A DNA stretch of 64,000 bases from an uncultured Gammaproteobacteria bacterium (GTDB taxonomy: Bacteria; Patescibacteriota; Patescibacteriia; Magasanikbacterales; GWA2-37-8): the NCBI GenBank assembly GCA_964536615.1, contig CAZHYG010000001.1, forward strand, positions 70,200 to 134,199, given 5' to 3'. Each line of letters starts with the position of its first letter. The first letter of the stretch is position 1. The notes beneath the pieces are model-generated. The model worked only from the letters and a program-made list of their open reading frames with translations, searched no databases and was not told the DNA's origin. Below are positions 10,245 through 19,079 of the stretch, one piece after another. The translations under genes were made by a program, and so were the position numbers.

Positions 10245-11276
10245 ATGCAAAAACTTTTAATCGCCACCACTAACCAGGGAAAATACGCTGAAATAACAGC
10301 CGAACTTGCGGATCTTAATTTTTCTGCGGTAAGTTTGCGTGATTTAAAATTACACACCATAGAAGTTCCTGAACCACACGATACAACCTGGCAAAATGCA
10401 CTTGAAAAAGCGCGATTTTTCGGCAAAAAAACAGGTTTGCTGACTGTTGCCGAAGATACCGGATTATTTATAGACGCTTTAGCTGGCGCACCCGGCGTTA
10501 AAGCAAAGCGTTTTGCTCCAACTGCTGCTGCCAGAATAGAAAAAGTGCTAAAAAAACTTAAGCAGGTTCCGGAAAAGAAAAGAACAGCATATTTTGAAAC
10601 ATCTGGCTGTTTGTATAATCCTGAAACAGATACGTTCCACATTTTTATCGGTAAAACAGAAGGCTTAATTTCCTCAAAACTTTCAAAACCAATTGATGAG
10701 CACTTGGCTTTTAGCGCTATCTTTTATTACCCGCCGCTCCAAAAAACTTTTGTAGAAATGACTACCTTGGAAAAAAACATGATTAGCCATCGAGGCAAGA
10801 TGACACACCAGCTCAAATATTTTTTAATGAAACATTATCGCCCAGAGCAAATCATCTGCGCTGCTGGTATTATTGTAAAGAATAGAAAAATGCTCCTTAC
10901 CAAACGCCGTGATCTGCGCCCTGAATTTAACGGGAAATGGGAGTTTCCGGGCGGGGGAGTAGAGAACGGAGAAACATTTGATGAAACTACTATACGCGAA
11001 GTGAGAGAAGAAACAGGTTTTACAGTCACAAAATTAGAACAACTTCCGGATATTTTAACTACAACCATACATAGTAAAAAAGAAAATTATCAGGTACACC
11101 TGTTTATGTCAGTATGTAAAATAAAATCAGGAAAAATGCAATTTGCTGAAGCGGAAAGCTCGGATTATGGCTGGTTTACCTATAAACAGGCTCTAAAAAT
11201 GGACCTGCTTCCGTTGAACAAAAAAGTTATTCAAACAAAAAATAATAAGAAAATTATTCTAAAGTACATTGACTAA
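10245..11276 (+). CDS. fusion protein: Ham1/RdgB non-canonical purine NTP pyrophosphatase (N-terminal) + NUDIX hydrolase (C-terminal)
   Basis: Ham1 motifs TTNQGKYAEI, EDTGLFIDALAGAPGVKAKRF, SHRGK. Nudix box GGGVENGETFDETTIREVREETGF in the C-terminal 140 aa. Confidence 0.75.
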   Translation: MQKLLIATTNQGKYAEITAELADLNFSAVSLRDLKLHTIEVPEPHDTTWQNALEKARFFGKKTGLLTVAEDTGLFIDALAGAPGVKAKRFAPTAAARIEKVLKKLKQVPEKKRTAYFETSGCLYNPETDTFHIFIGKTEGLISSKLSKPIDEHLAFSAIFYYPPLQKTFVEMTTLEKNMISHRGKMTHQLKYFLMKHYRPEQIICAAGIIVKNRKMLLTKRRDLRPEFNGKWEFPGGGVENGETFDETTIREVREETGFTVTKLEQLPDILTTTIHSKKENYQVHLFMSVCKIKSGKMQFAEAESSDYGWFTYKQALKMDLLPLNKKVIQTKNNKKIILKYID

Positions 11277-11286
11277 CAACACATAT

Positions 11287-12522
11287 ATGTTAGATATAAA
11301 ATTTATTCGCGAACATAAAGATTTGGTTGTAGAAAACTGCAAAAAGCGCAATACCGAATGTGATGTGGAGGGACTGTTAACAATAGACGAAGAACGCAGA
11401 GAGCTCCAAGGATCTATAGATAATTTGCGCGCCCAAAGAAAAAGCCAGTCAAAAGGAAAACCGAGCGAGGAAGACATTGCGCGATTGCGTAAAATGGGGG
11501 ATGAGATAGCTGTTTTAGAGGCAAAGGCAGCTGAAATTGAGCAAAAATATAAAGACGCTTTAATGCGCATTCCCAATCTCACTCACCCAAGCACACCTAT
11601 TGGGGGAGAGGAAGATTTTGTAACTGTGGCCACACATGGAAACCCGCCTCAGTTTTCTTTTTCTCCCAAAGATCACGAACAGATTCTTACTGAATTAAAC
11701 ATGGTTGATTTTGAACGAGGCGCTAAAGTTGCAACTTCTAAATTCTATTTTGCTAAAAATAATCTAGTACGCCTTAATTTAGCACTCTTAAACTATGGAA
11801 TTGATATCCTAAGCGCCCATGGATTTGAACTTGTAGAAACCCCTGATGTGGCAAAAAATGAAATTTTATCAGGCATTGGTTTTAACCCACGAGGCACAGA
11901 AACCCAAGTCTATTCTATTGAAAACACAGATCTTAGCCTTATCGGCACAGCTGAAATTACTATGGGTGGTTATCATGCCAACGAAATACTGGATCTGCAA
12001 TCCGGGCCTAAAAAATACGCAGCCATCTCACATTGTTTCCGCACTGAAGCAGGGGCATATGGTAAAACCAGCAAAGGCATGTACCGAGTACATCAATTTA
12101 CCAAACTAGAAATGTTTATATTCTGTAAACCAGAAGATAGCGAAGCTATGCATCAAGAATTGCTTGCTATGGAACGAGAGATTGTTGACGGACTAGAAAT
12201 ACCATACCGTGTAATCGATGTTGCCAGCGGAGATCTGGGAGGTCCGGCATATCGAAAATTTGATATCGAAGCTTGGATGACAATGAAAAACGATTACGGA
12301 GAAATTACCAGCACCAGCAACTGCACCGACTATCAATCTCGCAGATTAAATATCAAATACAAAAAAGAAGATGGTGCTAATGAATTTGTGCATACTTTAA
12401 ACGGTACGGCCGTGGTTTTGAGCCGTTTTCCAATTGCATTGATTGAAAACATGCAGCAAGAAGATGGAAGTGTGCGCATTCCAAAAGCGTTGCAAAAATA
12501 CTTAAATATTTCTCATCTATAG
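11287..12522 (+). CDS. serS: seryl-tRNA synthetase
   Basis: N-terminal coiled-coil arm (MLDIKFIREH...) and class II core. The ORF track starts at 11269; the internal ATG at 11287 is the likelier start. Confidence 0.95.
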   Translation: MLDIKFIREHKDLVVENCKKRNTECDVEGLLTIDEERRELQGSIDNLRAQRKSQSKGKPSEEDIARLRKMGDEIAVLEAKAAEIEQKYKDALMRIPNLTHPSTPIGGEEDFVTVATHGNPPQFSFSPKDHEQILTELNMVDFERGAKVATSKFYFAKNNLVRLNLALLNYGIDILSAHGFELVETPDVAKNEILSGIGFNPRGTETQVYSIENTDLSLIGTAEITMGGYHANEILDLQSGPKKYAAISHCFRTEAGAYGKTSKGMYRVHQFTKLEMFIFCKPEDSEAMHQELLAMEREIVDGLEIPYRVIDVASGDLGGPAYRKFDIEAWMTMKNDYGEITSTSNCTDYQSRRLNIKYKKEDGANEFVHTLNGTAVVLSRFPIALIENMQQEDGSVRIPKALQKYLNISHL

Positions 12523-12523
12523 C

Positions 12524-12560
12524 CATGCGCCAATAGCATGCCGATACATGGGCTTTTTTA
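12524..12560 (+). terminator. weak hairpin + T-run downstream of serS
   Basis: ccatg...catggg followed by cttttttaa immediately after the serS stop. The stem is short and imperfect. Confidence 0.3.
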
Positions 12561-12588
12561 ATCCGCATAACAAATTTCCATCGCGGCT

Positions 12589-13608
12589 ATGAAACACATG
12601 CATTCGGAAAGAGCATTTGAAAAATATAAACCTCATGTAAGCTGGAGAAAAAAACTCTCGTTGTTTTTTGCTAAAAAAAAGCAAAAAAATGTAACGCCCA
12701 TTGAAACAGGACCGCATTATAAAGTTAACCCATTTAAACAGAGACATGATGAAAAAAAGAGAACAGGGCCTAATATAAAAGTACTGTCTTTTTTTATCGT
12801 AACCAGTTTCTGGTTAGCATGCTTGCTCTATATACCATATTTCCATATCCAGAAAATAGAATACAGTGGTCTAAAAAACAATACCAAACAAGAACTAGAC
12901 TCCTTTATATATACCAACTATATAAACAAAAAAGGGATTTTACCATGGGGAAATTATTTCTTTATAACTGAATCAAAACTCACAAAAGATCTTTTGAAGA
13001 CTTTTTCTTTTGAGACTGTTGTGGTCAAAAAAACTTTTCCGCATAAAATATCAGTGGATGTAGTAGAAAAGATTTCTTCAGTTGTCTATGATAATGGAAA
13101 AAAATATTTTTTACTTGACCAGCAGGGGACAGTTATAAAATTTCTCACCGATGTTGAGCCTTCTGAAATAGTCAAAAAGCAAAATGTTATTCTTAACACC
13201 TCTACACCAGACTCTGCTTCAAGTACGTTTTTTTCAACTACCAGCATTACGCACATGCCTAACATCGGAAAAATAACCAAACAATTTGGAGATTATCCTA
13301 TTATATATGACAGCCGTAATATTGAAGTTGAAAAAAATTCTACCAATTTACTTCCTTCTCAATATATAGCCGCCACAATTGATTGGTATAACGAATTAAG
13401 CCAGCGGGGGAGTATTACCCCAGAATTTTTTGTTATAGACAATCTTAATGCCGGAGTAACCATTAACACAGACCAAAATTGGGATATATTTATACAGCCG
13501 CGCAACAACACAGCCAATCAAATAGATGCCTTTAAAAAAATATTGCCATCCATTAAACCAACTAGTTATATAGATTTACGTTTTGGTGAAAAAGTATATT
13601 GGAAATAG
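12589..13608 (+). CDS. FtsQ/DivIB-like cell-division protein (POTRA + beta domain), N-terminal TM
   Basis: Cytoplasmic basic N-terminus, one TM, POTRA-like segment (IQKIEYSGL...VVVKKTFPHKISVDVVEK), C-terminal YIDLRFGEKVYWK typical of FtsQ ends. Confidence 0.5.
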   Translation: MKHMHSERAFEKYKPHVSWRKKLSLFFAKKKQKNVTPIETGPHYKVNPFKQRHDEKKRTGPNIKVLSFFIVTSFWLACLLYIPYFHIQKIEYSGLKNNTKQELDSFIYTNYINKKGILPWGNYFFITESKLTKDLLKTFSFETVVVKKTFPHKISVDVVEKISSVVYDNGKKYFLLDQQGTVIKFLTDVEPSEIVKKQNVILNTSTPDSASSTFFSTTSITHMPNIGKITKQFGDYPIIYDSRNIEVEKNSTNLLPSQYIAATIDWYNELSQRGSITPEFFVIDNLNAGVTINTDQNWDIFIQPRNNTANQIDAFKKILPSIKPTSYIDLRFGEKVYWK

Positions 13609-13908
13609 AGAATTGAAACAACATCTTAAGCATTCTTATCAGGCGCACCCTCTCTCGGGGATAGTATTATATAACGTCGTATAACATAGATTAAGCGACG
13701 TACTATAGTAGTGTGGCGCTAACAAATCGGACTCCTAGCAAACAAAAAACCGCTCGCAAATTTATCCTCCTACCTCAAATCCCTTTTAAGGAGTTAAGGC
13801 AGGGGTGCGAACGGCTTTTGTCGTGCCCATGCCATTTAATTGGCGGCCCACGAACAAATTTCATGCGGATTCTTCCTTGATGAATTTTTTGGCCTTGCCA
13901 AGGACGAA

Positions 13909-14271
13909 CTAGACGGACGACACCTCCTTGGCGCAGGCGCAAGCAGAGTCCACCCACACGACCTCCAGCGTCTCGCCACCGACGAGCGGCGGGACGAAGA
14001 GGATAAGCGACGACGCGGGCTTCTCACCCTCAGCAGGCTTCTTCTGGAAGCCATAGAAAGGGCCATCAGCTCCATCCTCGACGAAGACGAGTCGGGCGAT
14101 CATGGGCTGATCACCCTTTCGCCTCGGGTCGAAGTTCTTGGCCCGATGGTAGTTGCACCGCTTGGTGAAGCCACTAGGTACCTGGATCCGAGCACCGACG
14201 ATGAGTGCAAAAGTTTTCTTCAACACGAAACCTCCTGAACCGTTATAGCTTTTCCGTAATGGTTTAGCCAA
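13909..14271 (-). CDS. small gene with a foreign-composition (GC-rich) body; unknown product; possibly initiating at internal TTG 14223 preceded by AGGAGG
   Basis: The first roughly 17 codons use host-like AT-rich codons. The remaining roughly 100 codons use strongly GC3-biased codons (ttc, aag, gag, atc, gtc, ctc). Upstream on the minus strand: TTGACA (14310-14305), 17 nt, TAAAAT (14287-14282). AGGAGG (14236-14231) lies 7 nt before TTG 14223. Confidence 0.4.
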   Translation of the reverse strand: MAKPLRKSYNGSGGFVLKKTFALIVGARIQVPSGFTKRCNYHRAKNFDPRRKGDQPMIARLVFVEDGADGPFYGFQKKPAEGEKPASSLILFVPPLVGGETLEVVWVDSACACAKEVSSV

Positions 14272-14281
14272 CGGTGCAAAA

Positions 14282-14310
14282 ATTTTATAGAATAATTACT
14301 CTGTTGTCAA
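14282..14310 (-). promoter_or_regulatory. sigma70-like promoter (TTGACA-17-TAAAAT; tandem TTGACATTGACA) driving the GC-rich small gene
   Basis: Direct reading of the minus strand: tatTGACATTGACAacagagtaattattctaTAAAATttttg. Confidence 0.45.
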
Positions 14311-14426
14311 TGTCAATATAAATAAAAAACCATTGAAGTTTTGTTTTCAATGTTTTTTAACATTAGATACTTATCCTTTTATATATAGATAAAAAATTCA
14401 ACGCCACTTCCCCACCCTCATAAAAT

Positions 14427-14469
14427 GGCTAATCTTAGCCAAATCTATATATTTTGGCTTAAATTAGCC
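14427..14469. promoter_or_regulatory. pair of near-identical palindromes, GGCTAA-tc-TTAGCC (14427-14440) and GGCTtAA-a-TTAGCC (14456-14469); candidate operator/recombinase site
   Basis: Two 14-bp inverted repeats with centres 29 bp apart in an AT-rich non-coding stretch. They sit between the terminator of the 14597-14995 gene and the promoter above. Confidence 0.35.
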
Positions 14470-14502
14470 AAAATATTACTATCTGCTTTTAATGCTTTAA
14501 TA

Positions 14503-14538
14503 TAAAAAACACCATCTTCATAATGGTATTTTTTTTAT
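14503..14538 (-). terminator. bidirectional-looking hairpin with flanking A/T runs downstream of the 14597-14995 gene
   Basis: aaaaaacACCATcttcataATGGTattttttttat. Confidence 0.35.
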
Positions 14539-14596
14539 ACTAAGCATCTATAGTTAACACTGCTTTACAAAATCAATCATCTATTTTAATGCTTCT

Positions 14597-14995
14597 TTAT
14601 ATTTTCCCGATTTTTCTAATTTGATATTGATTTTCCGAAACACCTTTTAGAGAGAGATGCCAAAAACGAGTTATGCCTCCCCTAGGATTCACCCCTTCTA
14701 TTATAGTCATAAAATACTCTGTTTCTTTATTTGGACTTTTAGGCAAAGACGTATATATATCTGTAACTGTTCCGGTTATTTCTTCTTCACCGTACTTAAA
14801 AAGTACGATATCTTTTTTTTCAAATCCATATTTTTTAAATAATATTTCGGCACCCTTACCTAAAGCTTTTTGTAAATCTTCAGATACTGCATTAATAACT
14901 TCTCCAGAAAAATTATCCTCCTCATCAGGCCTAACTTCTTGCGGCACAGCTGGTTTGGCAATTTCTCCTCTTATTCCAAATAATTTTCTAAGCAT
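14597..14995 (-). CDS. hypothetical protein (132 aa), no recognisable motifs
   Basis: ORF with host-like composition. Flanked by the recombinase gene on one side and the regulatory/GC-island region on the other. Confidence 0.4.
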   Translation of the reverse strand: MLRKLFGIRGEIAKPAVPQEVRPDEEDNFSGEVINAVSEDLQKALGKGAEILFKKYGFEKKDIVLFKYGEEEITGTVTDIYTSLPKSPNKETEYFMTIIEGVNPRGGITRFWHLSLKGVSENQYQIRKIGKI

Positions 14996-15075
14996 AATAA
15001 ACTATATTTTATATTCTTAACGTCGCATAATATTATATGGTATAATGGCTATGCTCAGGTAAATTATACCAATAT

Positions 15076-16038
15076 ATGCATAAATCTGACAACCCTATTA
15101 CATTTCATATCCCTCATTTTTTGGAATACTGTGAAATTGAAAAAGGTCTTTCCCCTACCACTACTCGCAACTACGATAACTTTTTAAAGATGTTTAAGCG
15201 TTGGTTGGAAGAAAAAAATATCGCCGGCCTTAAGCCGCACGAGCTTACCCCCGAACATATTTGGGATTATCGAGTGCACTTATCGCGCAAACAAGACACA
15301 AAAGGCCGCTATACCAAAAAAACCACTCAGAACTACTACCTAATTGCCTTACGCAACCTGCTCACCTATTTTGCCGAAAAAGATATTGTCTCGCTACCGG
15401 CAGATAAAATTAAGCTGCCAAAACTTACCGATAAAGACAAGGCTATTAAGTTTTTAAACTTTGATCAGGTGGAGAAACTAATGAAAATGCCGGACTTATC
15501 CAAACCCGAAGGCTTGCGGGACAGAGCTATTTTGGAAACATTATTTTCTACCGGTATGCGCGTTTCCGAACTCACAGCTCTTAACCTGCGCAGTTTTGAT
15601 GTACAAAATATTATTAAAGGAAAAATCACTGAACAAGAGCTGACCATTTCCGGTAAAGGCGGTTCCACTCGCACTATATATTTTTCCAGCCGATCGCTTG
15701 AATGGCTGGCACAGTATTTAAAAACCAGAAAAGATATGATGCTGCCTTTGTTTATCAATTACAAAAAGGACGATGATGACAACGATCATCGCCTTACTCC
15801 GCGTTCAGTAGAGCGGCTCATGCGCAAATATGCAACCATGGCCGGCTTACCGGTTGAAGCAACACCGCACACATTACGCCACAGTTTTGCCACAGATCTT
15901 CTTAAACAGGGCGCCGATATGCGCTCAGTACAAGAATTGCTTGGACATAAAAATATCGTTACCACGCAAATTTATACGCACGTAACCAACCCGCACCTGC
16001 GAGATATCCATAAAAAATTCCACAGCGGAAAAAAATAA
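15076..16038 (+). CDS. tyrosine site-specific recombinase, XerC/XerD family
   Basis: N-terminal SAM-like core-binding domain. C-terminal catalytic R...HxxR...Y (HTLRHSFATDLLKQGADMRSVQELLGHKNIVTTQIYTHV). Confidence 0.85.
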   Translation: MHKSDNPITFHIPHFLEYCEIEKGLSPTTTRNYDNFLKMFKRWLEEKNIAGLKPHELTPEHIWDYRVHLSRKQDTKGRYTKKTTQNYYLIALRNLLTYFAEKDIVSLPADKIKLPKLTDKDKAIKFLNFDQVEKLMKMPDLSKPEGLRDRAILETLFSTGMRVSELTALNLRSFDVQNIIKGKITEQELTISGKGGSTRTIYFSSRSLEWLAQYLKTRKDMMLPLFINYKKDDDDNDHRLTPRSVERLMRKYATMAGLPVEATPHTLRHSFATDLLKQGADMRSVQELLGHKNIVTTQIYTHVTNPHLRDIHKKFHSGKK

Positions 16039-16041
16039 ATA

Positions 16042-16503
16042 TTATTTTTTCAGAACTTCCAGAAGTTTTTGCGCCCATTTTTTTGTTTGCGCTACAGCAT
16101 TATCAAGCTCAAACCAAAAACTGTTAACACGCAACGAATCTGTAATAGTTTTTGCGCCTGCCTCATGAATAAAATTTTCTAAATAGTCTACCGCTCCGCA
16201 AAAATGCGCAAACTCCGCATCACCACAGCCATATATGGCAAACGGCACCTTAGAAATATTTTTAGTCTTCCAAATATCCAAAAAATTAAGCATGGCATCA
16301 GTTGGCATGCCTTCTTCTCCCCTACTCTTCCAGCTTGGCGAGCCAAGAATTACCAAATCATAACCAATATAGTCATCTGGCTTTGATTCATTTACATTTT
16401 GAAACGTAACCGAATGTTGTTTTGACAGCACATCAGTAATAATTTCACCTGCCGCAAATGTACTGCCGGAATTGGTTGTGTATATAATAAGAATTTTTTT
16501 CAT
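16042..16503 (-). CDS. flavodoxin
   Basis: N-terminal FMN-binding motif MKKILIIYTTNSGSTF in a 153-aa flavodoxin fold. Confidence 0.8.
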   Translation of the reverse strand: MKKILIIYTTNSGSTFAAGEIITDVLSKQHSVTFQNVNESKPDDYIGYDLVILGSPSWKSRGEEGMPTDAMLNFLDIWKTKNISKVPFAIYGCGDAEFAHFCGAVDYLENFIHEAGAKTITDSLRVNSFWFELDNAVAQTKKWAQKLLEVLKK

Positions 16504-16506
16504 ATA

Positions 16507-17367
16507 TTATTGGTACTTTGCTAACAGGTCTGTAATACTTCTTTTTTTAAGTGGAGCTTGCACCAAAGCTTCTTTTTTAATTTGAGGAACCTGATCTTCG
16601 TACGAAGGACGCCCCTCTACATAAAGCACTCCTAAAGGAATATGTTTTTCGCCCCATTCATTGATTTTTGCAAAAGCAGCTTGCTTGTTGGTTGGATCGT
16701 ACGCTGAATCAACTTGATATGTATTTTCTTGAAAGAATGCATGGGTGTACACACGGTTAAAAGTAGCGCATGGCTGCAATACCTGCAAAACAGAAAAACC
16801 CGTATGCGCAGCTGCTTTTCTCATAAGCGCCGTCAGACGAGGGATATCACCGGAATATCCGCGCGCAATAAATGTAGCTCCTGCCGATAAAGCGACACTA
16901 AGCGGATTAACAGGTTCATCCAAATTTCCGGCTGGGGTGGATTTAGATTTATATCCATGCGGAGAGCGTGGTGAAGTTTGCCCGGTAGTCAAACCATAAA
17001 TGGCATTATCATGGAGAATAACTGTAAGATCATGATTACGGCGAGCAGCGTGCATGAAATGATTACCGCCTTCCGCCATACAGTCACCATCTCCGGTAAA
17101 CACAATCACATTAAGCTTATGATTAACAAGCTTAATGCCTGTAGCCACAGGAATTGCTCGCCCATGCAACCCTTCAAAACTGCTTATTTCCACAAAATTA
17201 TTGATATGTCCATGACATCCAATACCTGCCACAATGGCGGTGTTGGCGTTACTCCATTTTTCTCGCGCGGCTGCTTCTTTAAAAGCTGTCCAAATACCAA
17301 AATTCCCGCACCCTGGACACCAATTGCACATGTTAGGAGTTTTAAGGTTTTGTATACTGGTAGTCAT
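16507..17367 (-). CDS. 2-oxoacid:ferredoxin oxidoreductase, beta (TPP-binding) subunit
   Basis: N-terminal CPGCGNFGIW. TPP-binding motif GDG...N (GDGDCMAEGGNHF). Confidence 0.9.
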   Translation of the reverse strand: MTTSIQNLKTPNMCNWCPGCGNFGIWTAFKEAAAREKWSNANTAIVAGIGCHGHINNFVEISSFEGLHGRAIPVATGIKLVNHKLNVIVFTGDGDCMAEGGNHFMHAARRNHDLTVILHDNAIYGLTTGQTSPRSPHGYKSKSTPAGNLDEPVNPLSVALSAGATFIARGYSGDIPRLTALMRKAAAHTGFSVLQVLQPCATFNRVYTHAFFQENTYQVDSAYDPTNKQAAFAKINEWGEKHIPLGVLYVEGRPSYEDQVPQIKKEALVQAPLKKRSITDLLAKYQ

Positions 17368-17374
17368 AATAGCA

Positions 17375-19078
17375 CTATATCATTTTTTTAATTTTTGCAA
17401 TTATTTCTTCCGGGAAAAATGGACGACCGTCATATTTAAGCAAATTATGCTTGATACCAATGCCGGTTTGTTCTTTTATAAGCCCGGCCATTTGACCGTT
17501 CGCGTTACACTCAACATTCAAAATCTGGCGTGCGTTTTCCAACACATTTTTTACGGCACGCGCCGGAAACGGGCTAACCCAAGTCAGATGTAAGAAATTT
17601 ACCCGGTCAAAATATTTCATCGCTTCTAGAATTACGCCTTTATTGCTGCCCCACGAAACAATCGTTAAATCAGCATTGCGAGGACCGTATAAAACTGGTT
17701 GCGGCATATCTGTTTGAGCGCACATTTCAAGTTTTTTCATACGTTTGTCCATTTGCGCAATTCTGTTTTCCGCAGATTCATTTGAATAACCATGTTCATT
17801 GTGCTCATCCGAATTTGCTACCACATGATTTCCTACTCCAGGCACCGAACGCACAGAAATTCCGTCTTTTACAAGCGCGTAGCGTTTATATCCGGCCTGT
17901 TTTTTTAATAATAATTTACCGCGCTTAATTTGATATTTACGAATATCAAATTCAGGAGTTGTAAAACCGCTTTCACAAACTTGCTTGTCTACCATAACAA
18001 CCACTGGAGTCTGGTATGCATCTGCCAAATTGAATGCCTGCATGGTAAGGTGAAACGCTTCTTCCGCATCTCCGGCAGCCAAAACTATGCGAGGAAACTC
18101 ACCCTGGTGCGCATGAAGCACAAATCGCAAGTCACCCTGCTCTGTCCAAGTAGGCAAACCAGTAGCAGGGCCGCCGCGCATACCTTCTATAATAACCAAC
18201 GGAGTTTCAGTCATAGCTGCCAAACCATACCCCTCACTCATTAAACAAAAACCGCCCCCGGCTGTAGCTGTCATGGCTCGTGCCCCCGCAAACGAAGCCC
18301 CAATCGCCATATTTACAGCTGCAATTTCATCTTCTGGTTGCTTATAAATAAAATTATATTTTTCTTGTAAAGGCGCTAGCACGTGTAAAATATTACTAAT
18401 AGGGGTCATGGGATAAATTGAAGCAAACTGCACCCCCGCAGCAACCGCTCCCAAAGCAATTGCTTCGTTACCGTTTATAACTGTGCGCGCGCTGCGAATG
18501 CGCAAAGGACGCAACGTATCTTTGATATATTCCGCATAATGCTCTTTTACAAATTTATATCCTGCACGCGCTACAGCCTGATTGCTTTTTGCAACTTCTG
18601 GCGGCTTAGCAGCAAATTCTTCACCGATCAATTTTTCTAACATTTTAATATCTATACCCCAAAAAGCTGCCATCGCTCCAAGTGCTGCCGTGTTGCGTAA
18701 AAAAAATGAATTAGCAACTTCTTTGCTGATTTTTTTAAATGGAACTTGCAACAAACGCACACCTTTGGCCATAACCGGTAACTTGGGATGCTCTTCATCA
18801 TAAATTACCAAAGAACCTGAGACTAATTCGTGCGCATGCAAATCAATTGTCTCTTTATTAAACGCCACTAAAAAATCGGTATGAGTATAAGAAGCGTCCA
18901 CAGGCTGGTCTGAAATAGTCAGCTGCACCATGTTGTGTCCGCCGCGAATAATGGATGGATATTCCGCATAATTAAAAATATAGTATCCGGATCGTACCAC
19001 CAATTTGGAAAAAGTTAGGCCAGAAAGCATAATACCAAAACCTGCTTCACCCCCTATTTTAAATGTCAACGGCTTCAT
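17375..19078 (-). CDS. 2-oxoacid:ferredoxin oxidoreductase, fused gamma-alpha subunit
   Basis: N-terminal gamma-like domain (KIGGEAGFGI) followed by an alpha-subunit domain. The ORF track extends to 19108; the internal start MKPLTF avoids overlap with the upstream gene. Confidence 0.85.
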   Translation of the reverse strand: MKPLTFKIGGEAGFGIMLSGLTFSKLVVRSGYYIFNYAEYPSIIRGGHNMVQLTISDQPVDASYTHTDFLVAFNKETIDLHAHELVSGSLVIYDEEHPKLPVMAKGVRLLQVPFKKISKEVANSFFLRNTAALGAMAAFWGIDIKMLEKLIGEEFAAKPPEVAKSNQAVARAGYKFVKEHYAEYIKDTLRPLRIRSARTVINGNEAIALGAVAAGVQFASIYPMTPISNILHVLAPLQEKYNFIYKQPEDEIAAVNMAIGASFAGARAMTATAGGGFCLMSEGYGLAAMTETPLVIIEGMRGGPATGLPTWTEQGDLRFVLHAHQGEFPRIVLAAGDAEEAFHLTMQAFNLADAYQTPVVVMVDKQVCESGFTTPEFDIRKYQIKRGKLLLKKQAGYKRYALVKDGISVRSVPGVGNHVVANSDEHNEHGYSNESAENRIAQMDKRMKKLEMCAQTDMPQPVLYGPRNADLTIVSWGSNKGVILEAMKYFDRVNFLHLTWVSPFPARAVKNVLENARQILNVECNANGQMAGLIKEQTGIGIKHNLLKYDGRPFFPEEIIAKIKKMI

Positions 19079-19079
19079 A

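Noticed and set aside
13609-14271. Possibility that the non-coding + GC-rich stretch is tmRNA, RNase P RNA, SRP RNA or a tRNA
   Set aside because: I searched by eye for tRNA T-arm (GGTTCGA), tmRNA tag-ORF (…ALAA*), RNase P (GGAAAGTCCGGGC, ACAGAACCCGGCTTA) and SRP (GGTGCTGTTTACCAGG-like) motifs on both strands and found none. The strong GC3 codon bias on the minus strand argues for coding. Only a covariance-model scan could settle it.
13620-14600. 28-bp dif/XerCD site next to the recombinase
   Set aside because: No convincing 11-6-11 element with a TTATGTTAAAT-like XerD arm was found. The GGCTAA/TTAGCC palindromes do not fit the dif architecture.
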